From NCBI GenBank assembly GCA_944363935.1, contig CALVVT010000073.1:4226-68225 (forward strand): a stretch of 64,000 nt of DNA, read 5' to 3'. The DNA is from an uncultured Bacilli bacterium. Lineage in GTDB: Bacteria; Bacillota_I; Bacilli_A; RF39; UBA660. A program made the position numbers and the translations under genes. How positions within the stretch are numbered: position 1 is the first letter of the stretch; each line of letters begins with the position of its first letter. Of this stretch, positions 49,591 to 60,136 are shown piece by piece. The notes beneath the pieces were generated by a model. It saw only the letters and a program-made list of their open reading frames with translations. It ran no database searches and was not told where the DNA came from.

Positions 49591-51719
49591 TTGTTTTCTC
49601 CTTTTATTTCTTCAGATTCTCTTGTTTTTTTAATTAAATCGTGAACGATAATATCATTAGATACGGTAACTTCTTGTTCAGCTCTAGCTGTATATTTTTC
49701 AATATAATCTGAACTAATAATGTCACCTTCTTTTAACAATATTCCTTCACCATTTTGATTATCATAATACATTTTATTAGTAATCCAGCTACCATTTGGG
49801 AAAACAACAAAATGATCGTCTGTATTAAACATGTCATGACCTAATGCATAATCACTATGAATACCAAGCATATTTCCAAGGGTTGGTAAAATATCATACA
49901 TGCCCATAACATCTTTTATTTCTTTTTGATATTTATGATCTTTTGTCCAAATAATAAATGGAACTTTACGATTAAGTTCATAATCGTATTTCGTAAATTC
50001 GTCATATTTTGGATCGTCTTCGTCTAATTTACTATCAGTTTCTGGATCATAATTATAATAATAATCGTATTCTGATCTTTTTATTTTGGCATCATGATCA
50101 CCGTAAATAACTAATACTGTATTATCAAGTAAGCCTTCTTTATCAAGTTTATCGACAAACTCACCTATAGCAGCATCTGCATAATGAGCGGTTTCAAAAT
50201 AATTACCTAAAATAGTATCAGTTAAATAATCGTTAACTACTTCTTCTTCAGTTCCTGTTTCTTCGTTTACTTTTTTATGTTTATAAGTTAAATCCAAGGT
50301 TTCTTGACCATCTAAAGCTGTAAACGGTGTATGATTAGTAAGCATTATTAACACACCATACCAATTATCATGTTTATTATTAATTTTTTTAATTTTATCT
50401 GTAGCTTGACTAAAGAATGATTTATCGTTCAAACCAAGGCCTAAAATATCTTCGTCTTTAATTTCAAAATCATTAGTATAACTATAAAATTTATCATAAC
50501 CTAATTTTTTATGCATAACTTCTCTATTCCAAAAGTTTGGTTTATTCGCATGCATACTAAAGGTATAATAGTTATTACCTTTTAAAAGTTTAGGAATTGT
50601 TACATATTCTCTATCCCAGTAACTAACGAAAACAGTTCCGCTACTTGCCGGCAGTAAAGAGGTATTAAATGTAAACTCACTATCACTACTAGTTCCAACA
50701 CTTTCCTGGGCATAGAAATTAGAAAAGTAAAGACCTTCACTAGCTAATTTCTTTAAATTAGGAGCGATTTCAGTACCATTAATTTCGGTGTCTAATAAGA
50801 AATTTTGAATACTTTCAGCATGAATAACAATAACATTTTTACCTTTAAACACATCAGTATATTTATTATCGCTTTCTTCTGAAGGATACTTTTTATAATA
50901 GTCTCTAAATTCTTTAGCAGCCGCATCATAACCAAATAAAGGACTTATTTGAGGTTTTAAACTAGCAACTAAATCATTAGCTTGATAAATATAAATACCA
51001 AACTTCATTACGACGTATTCTCTATTCCACTGTTTATAAAGTCTACTAATATCAGTTCCCGTTACAGTTAGTAAAAAGCAAACGAGGATTATTACTCCTG
51101 CCGCTAGAGCCTGCGCGAATTTAGTTTTTCTTTTTTCATTTTCAAAGTTATTAAAATGTCCTCTTTTTTTCAAACTATAGTTTAAATAAAAGAAAATAAT
51201 TGGTCCCCATATATAACAAAAATCTTTAATTTCAACAACATTTTCTAAAGCATCGCCAACGCCAAATATTTGAACGGAAGTAGCGATTAATGAAAATGAT
51301 GTAAATGATACATAGTTAGAATAATACATGGAATTAATTAAACAAACAAGGGTTAAAATAATTTCCCAAGTTATTAAATATTTAAATCTATTTTTAGGTT
51401 TAAATAAATATGAAAATGAAGCTATAATTAAAATAAATGCTGCATCAGCTAATATTGGGCTAATGGAAGCATAATTTTTAACGGTAAATGCCCGTAATAA
51501 AATACTATTTATTAAGTTAGAAATAACAAAAAAAGTAAACATAGGATTATTTTTTACAAAAACTTTAGTATTATGTGGGAAATTCTTAATAAATTTTTTC
51601 GAATTATCCGGTAAATTTTTAATAAATACTTTTGTTTTATTAGGTAAAGCTTTTATAAAACTTTTAGCTTTTTTTGGTATTTCTTTTATTTTTAATTTAT
51701 TTTTCTTTTCTTTTGCCAT
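49587..51719 (-). CDS. LTA synthase family protein (LtaS-like sulfatase-fold phosphoglycerol transferase)
   Basis: 710 aa with five N-terminal TMs and an extracellular sulfatase-like domain (VIVIHAESIQNF...). There is an unusual K/N/P-rich N-terminal repeat (FIKNLPDNSKKFIKNFPHNTKVFVKN). Confidence 0.75.
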   Translation of the reverse strand: MAKEKKNKLKIKEIPKKAKSFIKALPNKTKVFIKNLPDNSKKFIKNFPHNTKVFVKNNPMFTFFVISNLINSILLRAFTVKNYASISPILADAAFILIIASFSYLFKPKNRFKYLITWEIILTLVCLINSMYYSNYVSFTSFSLIATSVQIFGVGDALENVVEIKDFCYIWGPIIFFYLNYSLKKRGHFNNFENEKRKTKFAQALAAGVIILVCFLLTVTGTDISRLYKQWNREYVVMKFGIYIYQANDLVASLKPQISPLFGYDAAAKEFRDYYKKYPSEESDNKYTDVFKGKNVIVIHAESIQNFLLDTEINGTEIAPNLKKLASEGLYFSNFYAQESVGTSSDSEFTFNTSLLPASSGTVFVSYWDREYVTIPKLLKGNNYYTFSMHANKPNFWNREVMHKKLGYDKFYSYTNDFEIKDEDILGLGLNDKSFFSQATDKIKKINNKHDNWYGVLIMLTNHTPFTALDGQETLDLTYKHKKVNEETGTEEEVVNDYLTDTILGNYFETAHYADAAIGEFVDKLDKEGLLDNTVLVIYGDHDAKIKRSEYDYYYNYDPETDSKLDEDDPKYDEFTKYDYELNRKVPFIIWTKDHKYQKEIKDVMGMYDILPTLGNMLGIHSDYALGHDMFNTDDHFVVFPNGSWITNKMYYDNQNGEGILLKEGDIISSDYIEKYTARAEQEVTVSNDIIVHDLIKKTRESEEIKGENK

Positions 51720-52088
51720 ACTTCACCTCGTACTCCACATAATTATATCACTTTTTGACATTAAAAAAAAGTAGTTTACGCTACTTTTACATTAACTTAA
51801 AATTGTTTAGTTAAACAAAACACTGCATATAAAGGTACTGATTTTATATTATTTTCAAAGCCAAAATTTTTGGCTGATACTCTAATACTATATTTAGGAT
51901 TATATTTAAGTGCATATTCTTTTAAACTTTTAAAACGTTTTTGTATATAATTTTCGTACAAAATGTACGAAAAAGATGGTTTTACCCATCTTATAAGGAG
52001 ATTATTACCTTTAATGCATAGCAAATTTTATAAAAATGCCTCTGCACTAGTAGCCTATAATGAGTATATACCGGTAAATATATACCCA

Positions 52089-52925
52089 TTATTTATCTTG
52101 TACATCTTTAATCATATTATACTTTTTATTTTCGGTATATATATTAGCATTAATCGCGATTCCTAAAATTAAAACAAACGCTAAAAAGTAAATCCAAATC
52201 ATCATTGCAATTACTCCGGAAATACCACCATAAAACATTGTATAATTAGCAAAATTAGAAATATAATATGAGTAAACAGCAGTAATAATTACCCAGCCTA
52301 ATGTCGTAAATAAAGCTCCGGCATTCATATATTTACTTGGTATTTTATCATTAGGAGCCACAGCATAAAGTAATTTAATAGTAAAGAAAATAAGCATAAT
52401 AGCAATTGGCCACTTTAATAAAATAAAGAATAAATAGAGTTTATCAGCGACACTAGCAAAAACTTCAGCACTTAAAAATGTTTTTACAATTACATTACCA
52501 TAAGCAAGAACTAATACGATAAATATTAATAAAACCATTAATAGTATTATCATAAAAAAGGCTTTTATTCGTCTTTTTAAATAATTATCATTAGATATGC
52601 CAAATAATTCATTAGAAGCAATAATTAAAGAGTTAGTACCATTAGAAACTAAAATAAAACCAACAATCATAAAAAAGGCTACATTGCCATTTATTTCACT
52701 TTCGGTAATAAATGGCAAAACAATATCTAAAACTTCTCTAGGAATAACATCGTTAACGATAGAGATAAAAGCTTCGGAAAACATTTCAATATTAGAACCT
52801 ATAAAGCCAATTAAAGTTAAAAGCGGAAAAATAGCTAAAATAAGAAAAAAGGCTAATTGACCGGGTAAAACTTTCATTTCTGGCTTCATTATTAAAGCAA
52901 ATATTTTTTTGAAAAAGTTTCCCAT
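52089..52925 (-). CDS. YihY/BrkB family membrane protein
   Basis: Start at MGNFFKK with RBS AGGAGG. Six TMs and a YihY signature region. Confidence 0.7.
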   Translation of the reverse strand: MGNFFKKIFALIMKPEMKVLPGQLAFFLILAIFPLLTLIGFIGSNIEMFSEAFISIVNDVIPREVLDIVLPFITESEINGNVAFFMIVGFILVSNGTNSLIIASNELFGISNDNYLKRRIKAFFMIILLMVLLIFIVLVLAYGNVIVKTFLSAEVFASVADKLYLFFILLKWPIAIMLIFFTIKLLYAVAPNDKIPSKYMNAGALFTTLGWVIITAVYSYYISNFANYTMFYGGISGVIAMMIWIYFLAFVLILGIAINANIYTENKKYNMIKDVQDK

Positions 52926-52935
52926 AATTAGCCTC

Positions 52936-54963
52936 CTAACCGCGTTCTTCTTTATTATGACGCATGGCAATAGTAGCTTCGTTTACGGCATCGTCAACGG
53001 TTTTAATTTCGTCAACAATCATACTATAACCAATAGCTGCTCCAAAACCATGAGTTAATTTTTTAAATTCTTTATTTAATTTTCTAATATAAGCAATTAT
53101 TTCTTTTTCGTCACCACCAAGAACAAAGATTAAAAATTCATTTCCACTTGTTCTAATAAGTTCACTATTAGGTATTTGATTATTAATTAAAATACCAGCT
53201 GCTTCAACAATAACTTTATCACCTTCAGCATGCCCAAAATTATCGTTTATATACGCAATATTATTTAAATCAATAACAATTAATGCCTGTGGATATATTT
53301 CACTAGCATCCCATTTTTTAATGTTTTCATTTAAATAATTACGATTTTTAAGTGATGTTAAGTTATCAACATAACGTAATTTTTCAATTTTTGAGAATCT
53401 AGCATTATGATCTTTACGGTGTTTTATAATTCTTGAAGCTATTAATACTACTAATAAAATAACTAATAAAGCAAATACTGCTATTAAGATTTGTCCTAGT
53501 CTATTACTATCGTCATAGTTAAGAATTTTCGCATAACTATCATTAATTACTGCTTTACTATCAGTATAAGTTAAATAAAAGTTAAAGTAATTATAAAAAG
53601 TTTCATTAGCTTTATTATCTCTTACTGTATAAGTATAATCACTATCTAAACTAAAACTATAAATATTTTTAAATTTATGGAGTTTTGTTCTAATATAGTA
53701 ATCGTAATTATAATAATCAATTGCTGCTACTTCATTATTATCTAAATTTTTGATTAAATCTTCGATGTTATTATAAGTTTCTGTTTTTATTCCACTATCT
53801 TTTAAATAAGCATCTATTTGACTATCTTTAATTGTTAAAACTTTAGTATTTTCAAGAGAGTTAAGAGAATTTACAACTATACTATTACCTTCACCAGTAA
53901 TGATATTAACAACTTCGTCATATACTGATACAGTATTTTTAACATCGTTTTTAAAATTACTAATATTAGTATTATTAAAGATAAAATCAAGGTCTCCATT
54001 ATTAAAGTCTTCTACTAATGTATCAGTAGCTGAATAACGTTTATAATTTATTTCAATATCTGCACTTTTAGCAAAATTATTAACAAAACTATAATTAAAA
54101 CCTTGAAGGCCTTTTTTAGTTGTTAAATCAAATGGACTATTTAAAACAAAGCCATAGGTATATCTTTTACTTCTAAATTCAACTTGTTCTTTTTCTTCTA
54201 TTTCTTTAGCATCAAAATAAGTTTCTGATAAATGGCTATCAAAAGAACTATTAAATTTACTTTGCCATTTTTTATAATATTTTGTTAGAATGTTATTTAA
54301 TGTTTTATTATCCCCTAAAGTAATAACATAATCTTTACTATATTCATTAAAGTTATAGGCAATATATAAATTATCATTACTAACAATTGTTTCTAAATTA
54401 GCTAGTTTAGGAACAGCTATAGCATCGATATCAGTTGTATTCATAGCAGCAAACAAACTAGAAATGTTTTCATATTGTTTATATAAAACATTAGTAGCTT
54501 CACTTAAATAATTATTTATTTTTTGTTCGTCGTCTTTTAAAACACCTATTGTCATATTTTTAATACTACTTGCTTTAGCATAATTAGTATTAACTTTAGT
54601 TACTAAAGCATAGTTATCTTGATAAAACAATATATCATTTTTACTTACTTTATCAGTTAATTCTAATGCATAATCACTAGTATCAGAAGAAGATAATTTA
54701 TTAAATTCTAAATCGGTATCTTTTTCTAAATCGTCTAAAAAGTCAAATATTACACCAGTACCTGAAGTACTTAATACTGGAATATCAGATGGAACCGAAA
54801 AATCGATTAAATTATTTCGATTATCTTCAATCCATTTTTGTTCTTCAGCAGTTAAAGTGGTACTAGTACTTCTAAAATTAAAGTAATAAAAAGCACCAGC
54901 ACCACCTAAAACTATTAAGATTAAAACAATTAATAATATTTTTTTCTTACTCATTTGGTTCAC
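52936..54963 (-). CDS. Membrane sensor protein with a large extracytoplasmic domain and a C-terminal degenerate GGDEF domain
   Basis: 675 aa with an N-terminal TM, a ~450-aa periplasmic region and a second TM. The GGDEF fold has RTSGNEF in place of RxGGDEF. Confidence 0.7.
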   Translation of the reverse strand: MNQMSKKKILLIVLILIVLGGAGAFYYFNFRSTSTTLTAEEQKWIEDNRNNLIDFSVPSDIPVLSTSGTGVIFDFLDDLEKDTDLEFNKLSSSDTSDYALELTDKVSKNDILFYQDNYALVTKVNTNYAKASSIKNMTIGVLKDDEQKINNYLSEATNVLYKQYENISSLFAAMNTTDIDAIAVPKLANLETIVSNDNLYIAYNFNEYSKDYVITLGDNKTLNNILTKYYKKWQSKFNSSFDSHLSETYFDAKEIEEKEQVEFRSKRYTYGFVLNSPFDLTTKKGLQGFNYSFVNNFAKSADIEINYKRYSATDTLVEDFNNGDLDFIFNNTNISNFKNDVKNTVSVYDEVVNIITGEGNSIVVNSLNSLENTKVLTIKDSQIDAYLKDSGIKTETYNNIEDLIKNLDNNEVAAIDYYNYDYYIRTKLHKFKNIYSFSLDSDYTYTVRDNKANETFYNYFNFYLTYTDSKAVINDSYAKILNYDDSNRLGQILIAVFALLVILLVVLIASRIIKHRKDHNARFSKIEKLRYVDNLTSLKNRNYLNENIKKWDASEIYPQALIVIDLNNIAYINDNFGHAEGDKVIVEAAGILINNQIPNSELIRTSGNEFLIFVLGGDEKEIIAYIRKLNKEFKKLTHGFGAAIGYSMIVDEIKTVDDAVNEATIAMRHNKEERG

Positions 54964-55411
54964 CTACATTTGACCAAGATACTTTTTTAGCTTCTTTAGG
55001 GTGATAACCAATTACAGGATATATTTCACTATCTTCTTTAGTATTTAGATATATTTCAACATCATAATATTTTTTTAATTTATTACTTAAACCATCTAAT
55101 ACTGCATCAGATACTCCTTTAGCGGTATTAATATCAGTATCAGCATTAACTGTTACAATAAAGTTTAGAATTCTTCCTTCATTATGATAATCGACATCTG
55201 TTACAAAGTCATTACTACTTACAGCATCTTTAATATCATTTACTGTACTTTTAGATACTTTATAATCTTCAATATCTTCTAATCTATCACCATATTTATT
55301 ATTTCCAAAAAGGGGAATGATAAAAAATATGATAAAAAATAATAATAAAAGTAAAATAAATATTCCTGCTACTATACAAACTTTTTTATGTTTTTTTATA
55401 AAGTCTTTCAT
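54947..55411 (-). CDS. Membrane-anchored hypothetical protein
   Basis: 154 aa with an N-terminal TM. Confidence 0.4.
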   Translation of the reverse strand: MKDFIKKHKKVCIVAGIFILLLLLFFIIFFIIPLFGNNKYGDRLEDIEDYKVSKSTVNDIKDAVSSNDFVTDVDYHNEGRILNFIVTVNADTDINTAKGVSDAVLDGLSNKLKKYYDVEIYLNTKEDSEIYPVIGYHPKEAKKVSWSNVGEPNE

Positions 55412-55467
55412 ACCTTCACCTCTTATAAAATTATACTATATTTTAGTTCTATTTACAACTAATGACA

Positions 55468-55851
55468 TTAACTTTCGTCTTTAGATTCGTCATAATCAAA
55501 CTCAAACTGATTGTGACTAACTTCATAAGTTATTTTAACTTTGCCATTCATTTTACTATCATCACTTTTTTTAGGATTTAAAACTTTGTCTTCAGCTATA
55601 TAACCACCATCTATTAAAGTAGATATAGAAACTGATGTTTTAAAATTCTCTTCAGCTTTTAATGTATCAGTATCAGTTTGATCAAGAGCCCACTCTTCAG
55701 CGGCTTTTTCAATTAATTTAACTTGGTCTTCATAAGCTTTATTTCTTGAACCTTGAATTACTGAATTAATAGCTGGAAAAACTACTACAGCAATTAAAGC
55801 TAATATAGAAATAACTGCTAGAAGTTCAATTAATGTAAAACCTTTTTTCAT
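55468..55851 (-). CDS. Type IV prepilin / ComGC-like pseudopilin
   Basis: MKKGFTLIELLAVISILALIAVVVFP is a classic class III (prepilin peptidase) signal with the hydrophobic N-terminal helix. Confidence 0.85.
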   Translation of the reverse strand: MKKGFTLIELLAVISILALIAVVVFPAINSVIQGSRNKAYEDQVKLIEKAAEEWALDQTDTDTLKAEENFKTSVSISTLIDGGYIAEDKVLNPKKSDDSKMNGKVKITYEVSHNQFEFDYDESKDES

Positions 55852-55935
55852 AATTTCACGTTCCTATTCTATTTAAATTATAAAATATTTAAGACTTAAA
55901 GTCAATAAAACGTCAAAAAAAGTAGCTAATGGCTA

Positions 55936-56244
55936 CTAAAATTTCTTTTTTACAAATGTTTTAATTATTAAAACTTCAAAAACAATGTAAACTACTATGT
56001 AAACAGCTAGTAAAACATCATTAAATACTCCTAAATCAAAACTTTGTAAAAGTTCTAATATATTAGCAGGAATTAAAGTTAAAAAATCAAAAGCATCGTC
56101 TCTTAAAATATAAGTTTTTAAATAAGTGAATATTCTTAAAAATATATCAATTATAACAATAAAATATACAGCAGCATTAAAACTTTTATAAAAAACTATT
56201 ATTGCTAGTAAAGCAATGATAAAAATCATTAATTGAACAGTCAT
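55936..56244 (-). CDS. Small membrane protein
   Basis: 102 aa with three TMs. Confidence 0.4.
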   Translation of the reverse strand: MTVQLMIFIIALLAIIVFYKSFNAAVYFIVIIDIFLRIFTYLKTYILRDDAFDFLTLIPANILELLQSFDLGVFNDVLLAVYIVVYIVFEVLIIKTFVKKKF

Positions 56245-56942
56245 TTTGTACCTCCTATTATTTCGTCATATTCATGAGTAAAATCATTTAATTTATTAAT
56301 ATTATAGTAATTAATTTCTAATAAATAAGAATTAGTGTTTATTCCTTTACTAATATAATAATTAGTTAAATCAATAATTACTTTATTAATTTTATTATCT
56401 TTTTGATATAAATCAATTACTATATTATTTCCATTACTAACAGTATTTTCATAAAGTTGAGTAAAAGTTGTTAAAGGAATACTATATTCTTTATATCCTT
56501 CTTTTTCTATATCTTCAGCATTACTAATTAAATTGTAAATCATTTCATTATTGATTTTTAAAAGTTCTGGTTCTGTACTTGGTGTTAAATCTGGTATTTT
56601 ATACAAAACACTATTTTTATAGTACTTTTCATTATCTAAATATAAAATATATTTATCGTCATAAGCCATTCCATTTAAAGATGTATCTACTGTTTTATAA
56701 CTAAATTCATAAGACTGCATATCCTTAAAAGTTTCTAGTGGACTTGTTTTAGTATTTACTTTTTCTACTCTTGTAAAATTTAAATTAACAAATAAAATTG
56801 CTAGAAAGAATAAGATTCCCCAAATACCTAAAACAATTAAAGCATGTTTTTTAGGGTCATGCCAAGCCTCTTTAAATTTTTCCCATTTTGTTTTTTCTTT
56901 TTCTTCAGCCTCTATTTTTAATTCTTCTATTTCGTCATTCAT
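56241..56942 (-). CDS. Membrane-anchored hypothetical protein
   Basis: 233 aa with an N-terminal TM after an acidic cytoplasmic head. Confidence 0.4.
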   Translation of the reverse strand: MNDEIEELKIEAEEKEKTKWEKFKEAWHDPKKHALIVLGIWGILFFLAILFVNLNFTRVEKVNTKTSPLETFKDMQSYEFSYKTVDTSLNGMAYDDKYILYLDNEKYYKNSVLYKIPDLTPSTEPELLKINNEMIYNLISNAEDIEKEGYKEYSIPLTTFTQLYENTVSNGNNIVIDLYQKDNKINKVIIDLTNYYISKGINTNSYLLEINYYNINKLNDFTHEYDEIIGGTK

Positions 56943-57895
56943 TATTTTAAAACCTTTCTAATTAAATCATGTCCTTTAGCAAAATCACTAGCGTTTACTT
57001 TTTTCTTACCTTCAAGTTGTACTTCAGTGAAAACAACTTCGCCATTAGAAACTTTTACGCCAAAACCATCTTTATAAATATTAGTAATTGTTCCAACTTT
57101 TTTATCGGCAAAAAGATTGTCCGTCCGATAAGCTTTCCAAACTTTTAACCTTTTATTGTCAAGTAAACAATAAGCCCCAGGAAAAGAATTTAAGCCTCTT
57201 ATTTTATTAATTATATTTCTTGCAGTATCGTTAAAATCAAGTTTTTCGTCTTCTTTACTAATATTAAAACCATAAGTAACTTCTTCTTCATTTTGTTTTA
57301 TTCTTTGATTAGTTCCATTTAAAATACTAGGTAAAGTTTCTAATAATAAATCTCTTCCAACTATTTGTAATTTATCGTGTAAAGTACTAGCAGTATCATT
57401 ATCCGTTATTTCGACTTCTTTCGCGCTGATAATATCTCCACTATCCATACTTTCAGCCATATACATAATAGTTACCCCGGTTTTTTTATAACCATTTATA
57501 ATAGCTCTATGGATAGGTGCGCCTCCTCTTAATTTAGGTAAAAGTGAAGCATGAACATTAATACAACCAAGCCGAGGAATTACTAATAAATCTAAAGGAA
57601 GTATTTGTCCATAAGCACAAGTTATAATTAAATCTGGTTCTAACTGATTTATTTCTTGCAGAATATCCCTTATTTTAGCCGGTTGTAAACATAATATATT
57701 ATTTTCTAAAGCAACTTCTTTAACAGGAGTTGGTTTAACTTCACCTTTTCTTCCAACGGGTTTATCGGGTTGGGTTACAACAGCTCTTACTTTATAGTTT
57801 GCAATTAACCCTTTTAAAATAGGAACACTAAATTCTGGAGTACCCATAAAAATAATAACGGGGTCTTTTTTTATATTTATTTTATCAAAGTCCAC
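56942..57895 (-). CDS. fmt: Methionyl-tRNA formyltransferase
   Basis: FMGTPEFSVPIL, HASLLPKLRGGAPI and the C-terminal Fmt domain. Confidence 0.92.
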   Translation of the reverse strand: MDFDKINIKKDPVIIFMGTPEFSVPILKGLIANYKVRAVVTQPDKPVGRKGEVKPTPVKEVALENNILCLQPAKIRDILQEINQLEPDLIITCAYGQILPLDLLVIPRLGCINVHASLLPKLRGGAPIHRAIINGYKKTGVTIMYMAESMDSGDIISAKEVEITDNDTASTLHDKLQIVGRDLLLETLPSILNGTNQRIKQNEEEVTYGFNISKEDEKLDFNDTARNIINKIRGLNSFPGAYCLLDNKRLKVWKAYRTDNLFADKKVGTITNIYKDGFGVKVSNGEVVFTEVQLEGKKKVNASDFAKGHDLIRKVLK

Positions 57896-57936
57896 TTTAT
57901 CACCTATCTTTCTAAATTATATTCTAGCATATTTTT

Positions 57937-60072
57937 TTAAAGTTTTAAAGGATTTAAATCAATATCAATCATTATTTTACTTTTAACATATTTATTTTTA
58001 ATAAATATAAGTTCTGGAAGTATTTCTTTAGTATTTTGATACTTTATAATTGTTTGAACATAATAAACATTATTTACTTTAGGCATTATATTAGGACTTG
58101 GTCCAAGAATAATATAATTTGGAAATTTATTTCTTAAATAATTAGTGATTTTTTCGGCTTCTTTATTTACTTCTATTTCATTTTTTCCACTAACACTTAT
58201 TTTCGTTAAATTAAAATATGGTGGATATTTTAAAGCTTTTCTAATTTTCATTTCTTCTTTATAAAATTCTAAATAATTATGATTAGAGGCACAAACTAAA
58301 CTATAGTGATTAGTATTAAATGTTTGGATAATAACTTCTCCTGGTTTATCACCTCTACCAGCTCTTCCAGCTACTTGATTTAAAAGTTCAAAAGTTCTTT
58401 CACTACTTCTAAAATCAGGAATATTTAAAGTACTATCTCCATTTATAACGCAAACTAATGTAACATTTGGAAAATCAAGACCTTTAGCTATCATTTGTGT
58501 TCCTAATAAAATACTATATTCATTATTTTGAAAGCTATTGATAATTTTTTCATGTGCACCTTTTCTTTTAGTAGTATCAACATCCATTCTAATTACTTTG
58601 TCTGTAAATTCTTCTTTTAAAAGTTCTTCTAATTTTTCAGTTCCCATTCCTAATGCATTAATGTTTTTACTTTTACAAATTGGACAGGTATAAAGTTTAG
58701 GAACCGTATAATTACAATAATGACATTTCATACTATTAGTGCTTTTATGATAAGTAAGTGGGATATCACAATTAGGACATTTATGAGTAAAGCCACATTC
58801 TTTACAAGTGATTATAGTTGAAAAACCTCTTCTATTAAGTAATACTATTACTTGTTCATTTTTAGCTAATCTTTCTTTTATTTTTTCTTTAACTAATGAA
58901 GAAAATACTCTATTACCTTTTTTAAATTCATTTTTCATATCAGTTAAATATACTTTTGGTAAATTTTGATTTACTCTTTTAGTCATAGTAAGTAAAGTAT
59001 AAACATTCATTTTAGCCCTAGTAAAACTTTCTATACTTGGAGTAGCACTGGCTAAAACTAAAGGACAGTTATGATATTTACTTCTTTTAATAGCTACATC
59101 TATAGCATTATATTTAGGCGTATTTTCCTGTTTATAAGTTGAGGAGTGCTCTTCATCTATTATAATAATTCCTAAATTAGTAAAAGGTGCGAATATAGCG
59201 CTTCTTGCTCCAATAACTACTTTAGCTTCCTTCCTATATACTTTACGCCATTCGTCATATTTTTCTCCGTCATTTAAGCGACTATGCATAATCGCTACTA
59301 TTTTTCCAAACCTTTTTTTAAAGGTATTAACAACTTGCGGAGTTAAACTTATTTCGGGAACTAGTAAAATAGCTTCTTTACCTTCTTTTATTATTTTTTC
59401 TATTAATTTTATATAAACTAATGTTTTACCACTACCAGTAACTCCATATAATAAATAAGGATTAAATTCATTTAATTTTACTCTATTAATTACTTTTGTT
59501 TGTTCTTCTGTTAAAGGATAATCGTTATTAGTTATTTCTTCGTCTTCATTAATTCGGTATACTTCTTTTTTTATTTCTTTAACAATATTATTTTGAATTA
59601 ATTTATTTACGGCATAACTTGATATTTTATTAAGATAGGTTTTATCATTTTTTCCTTCTTTTATCAAATCATATATTTCTTTTGTTTTTCCGGTTAAATT
59701 TTCTTCTTTAACTATTTCTAATACTGTTATATATTTTTTATTAACTACTTTATTATTTTTAGCTTTTAAACCACTAGGAAGCATACTTTGATAACAGCTA
59801 ATTAAAGGTGATAATGTTTTTTTACTGATGTATTTACCTAGTTCTAACATTTCTTTATTAATAACCGGGTTTTCGTCAATTATTTCTTTTATTTCTTTTA
59901 CTTCATAAGTTTCATTAAAATCATTATATACTTTTAAAACAAAGCCCTCGATTATTCTTTTTCCAAAAGGTACTCTTACTCTTACACCAACTTTAGTATC
60001 TTTAGGAACTTTATAAGTAAATGTTTTATCGATATTTTTAGCCATTATCTCTACTAATACATCTGCATACAT
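57937..60072 (-). CDS. priA: Primosomal protein N' (PriA helicase)
   Basis: 711 aa with GVTGSGKT Walker A, DEEH and the Cys4 zinc-binding cluster (CKECG...CPNCD...CHYCN...CPICKS). Confidence 0.92.
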   Translation of the reverse strand: MYADVLVEIMAKNIDKTFTYKVPKDTKVGVRVRVPFGKRIIEGFVLKVYNDFNETYEVKEIKEIIDENPVINKEMLELGKYISKKTLSPLISCYQSMLPSGLKAKNNKVVNKKYITVLEIVKEENLTGKTKEIYDLIKEGKNDKTYLNKISSYAVNKLIQNNIVKEIKKEVYRINEDEEITNNDYPLTEEQTKVINRVKLNEFNPYLLYGVTGSGKTLVYIKLIEKIIKEGKEAILLVPEISLTPQVVNTFKKRFGKIVAIMHSRLNDGEKYDEWRKVYRKEAKVVIGARSAIFAPFTNLGIIIIDEEHSSTYKQENTPKYNAIDVAIKRSKYHNCPLVLASATPSIESFTRAKMNVYTLLTMTKRVNQNLPKVYLTDMKNEFKKGNRVFSSLVKEKIKERLAKNEQVIVLLNRRGFSTIITCKECGFTHKCPNCDIPLTYHKSTNSMKCHYCNYTVPKLYTCPICKSKNINALGMGTEKLEELLKEEFTDKVIRMDVDTTKRKGAHEKIINSFQNNEYSILLGTQMIAKGLDFPNVTLVCVINGDSTLNIPDFRSSERTFELLNQVAGRAGRGDKPGEVIIQTFNTNHYSLVCASNHNYLEFYKEEMKIRKALKYPPYFNLTKISVSGKNEIEVNKEAEKITNYLRNKFPNYIILGPSPNIMPKVNNVYYVQTIIKYQNTKEILPELIFIKNKYVKSKIMIDIDLNPLKL

Positions 60073-60136
60073 CTTATCACTTCCTTATTAAATTCTACCA
60101 TTATAAGAGAAAAAAATCTAGCATTATTACTAGATT

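Noticed and set aside
51797-52166. Small ORFs 51797-52024 (-) and 51963-52166 (+)
   Set aside because: They are short, overlapping and have no RBS or family resemblance. The region is more likely the promoter/5' UTR between the ltaS-like and yihY genes.
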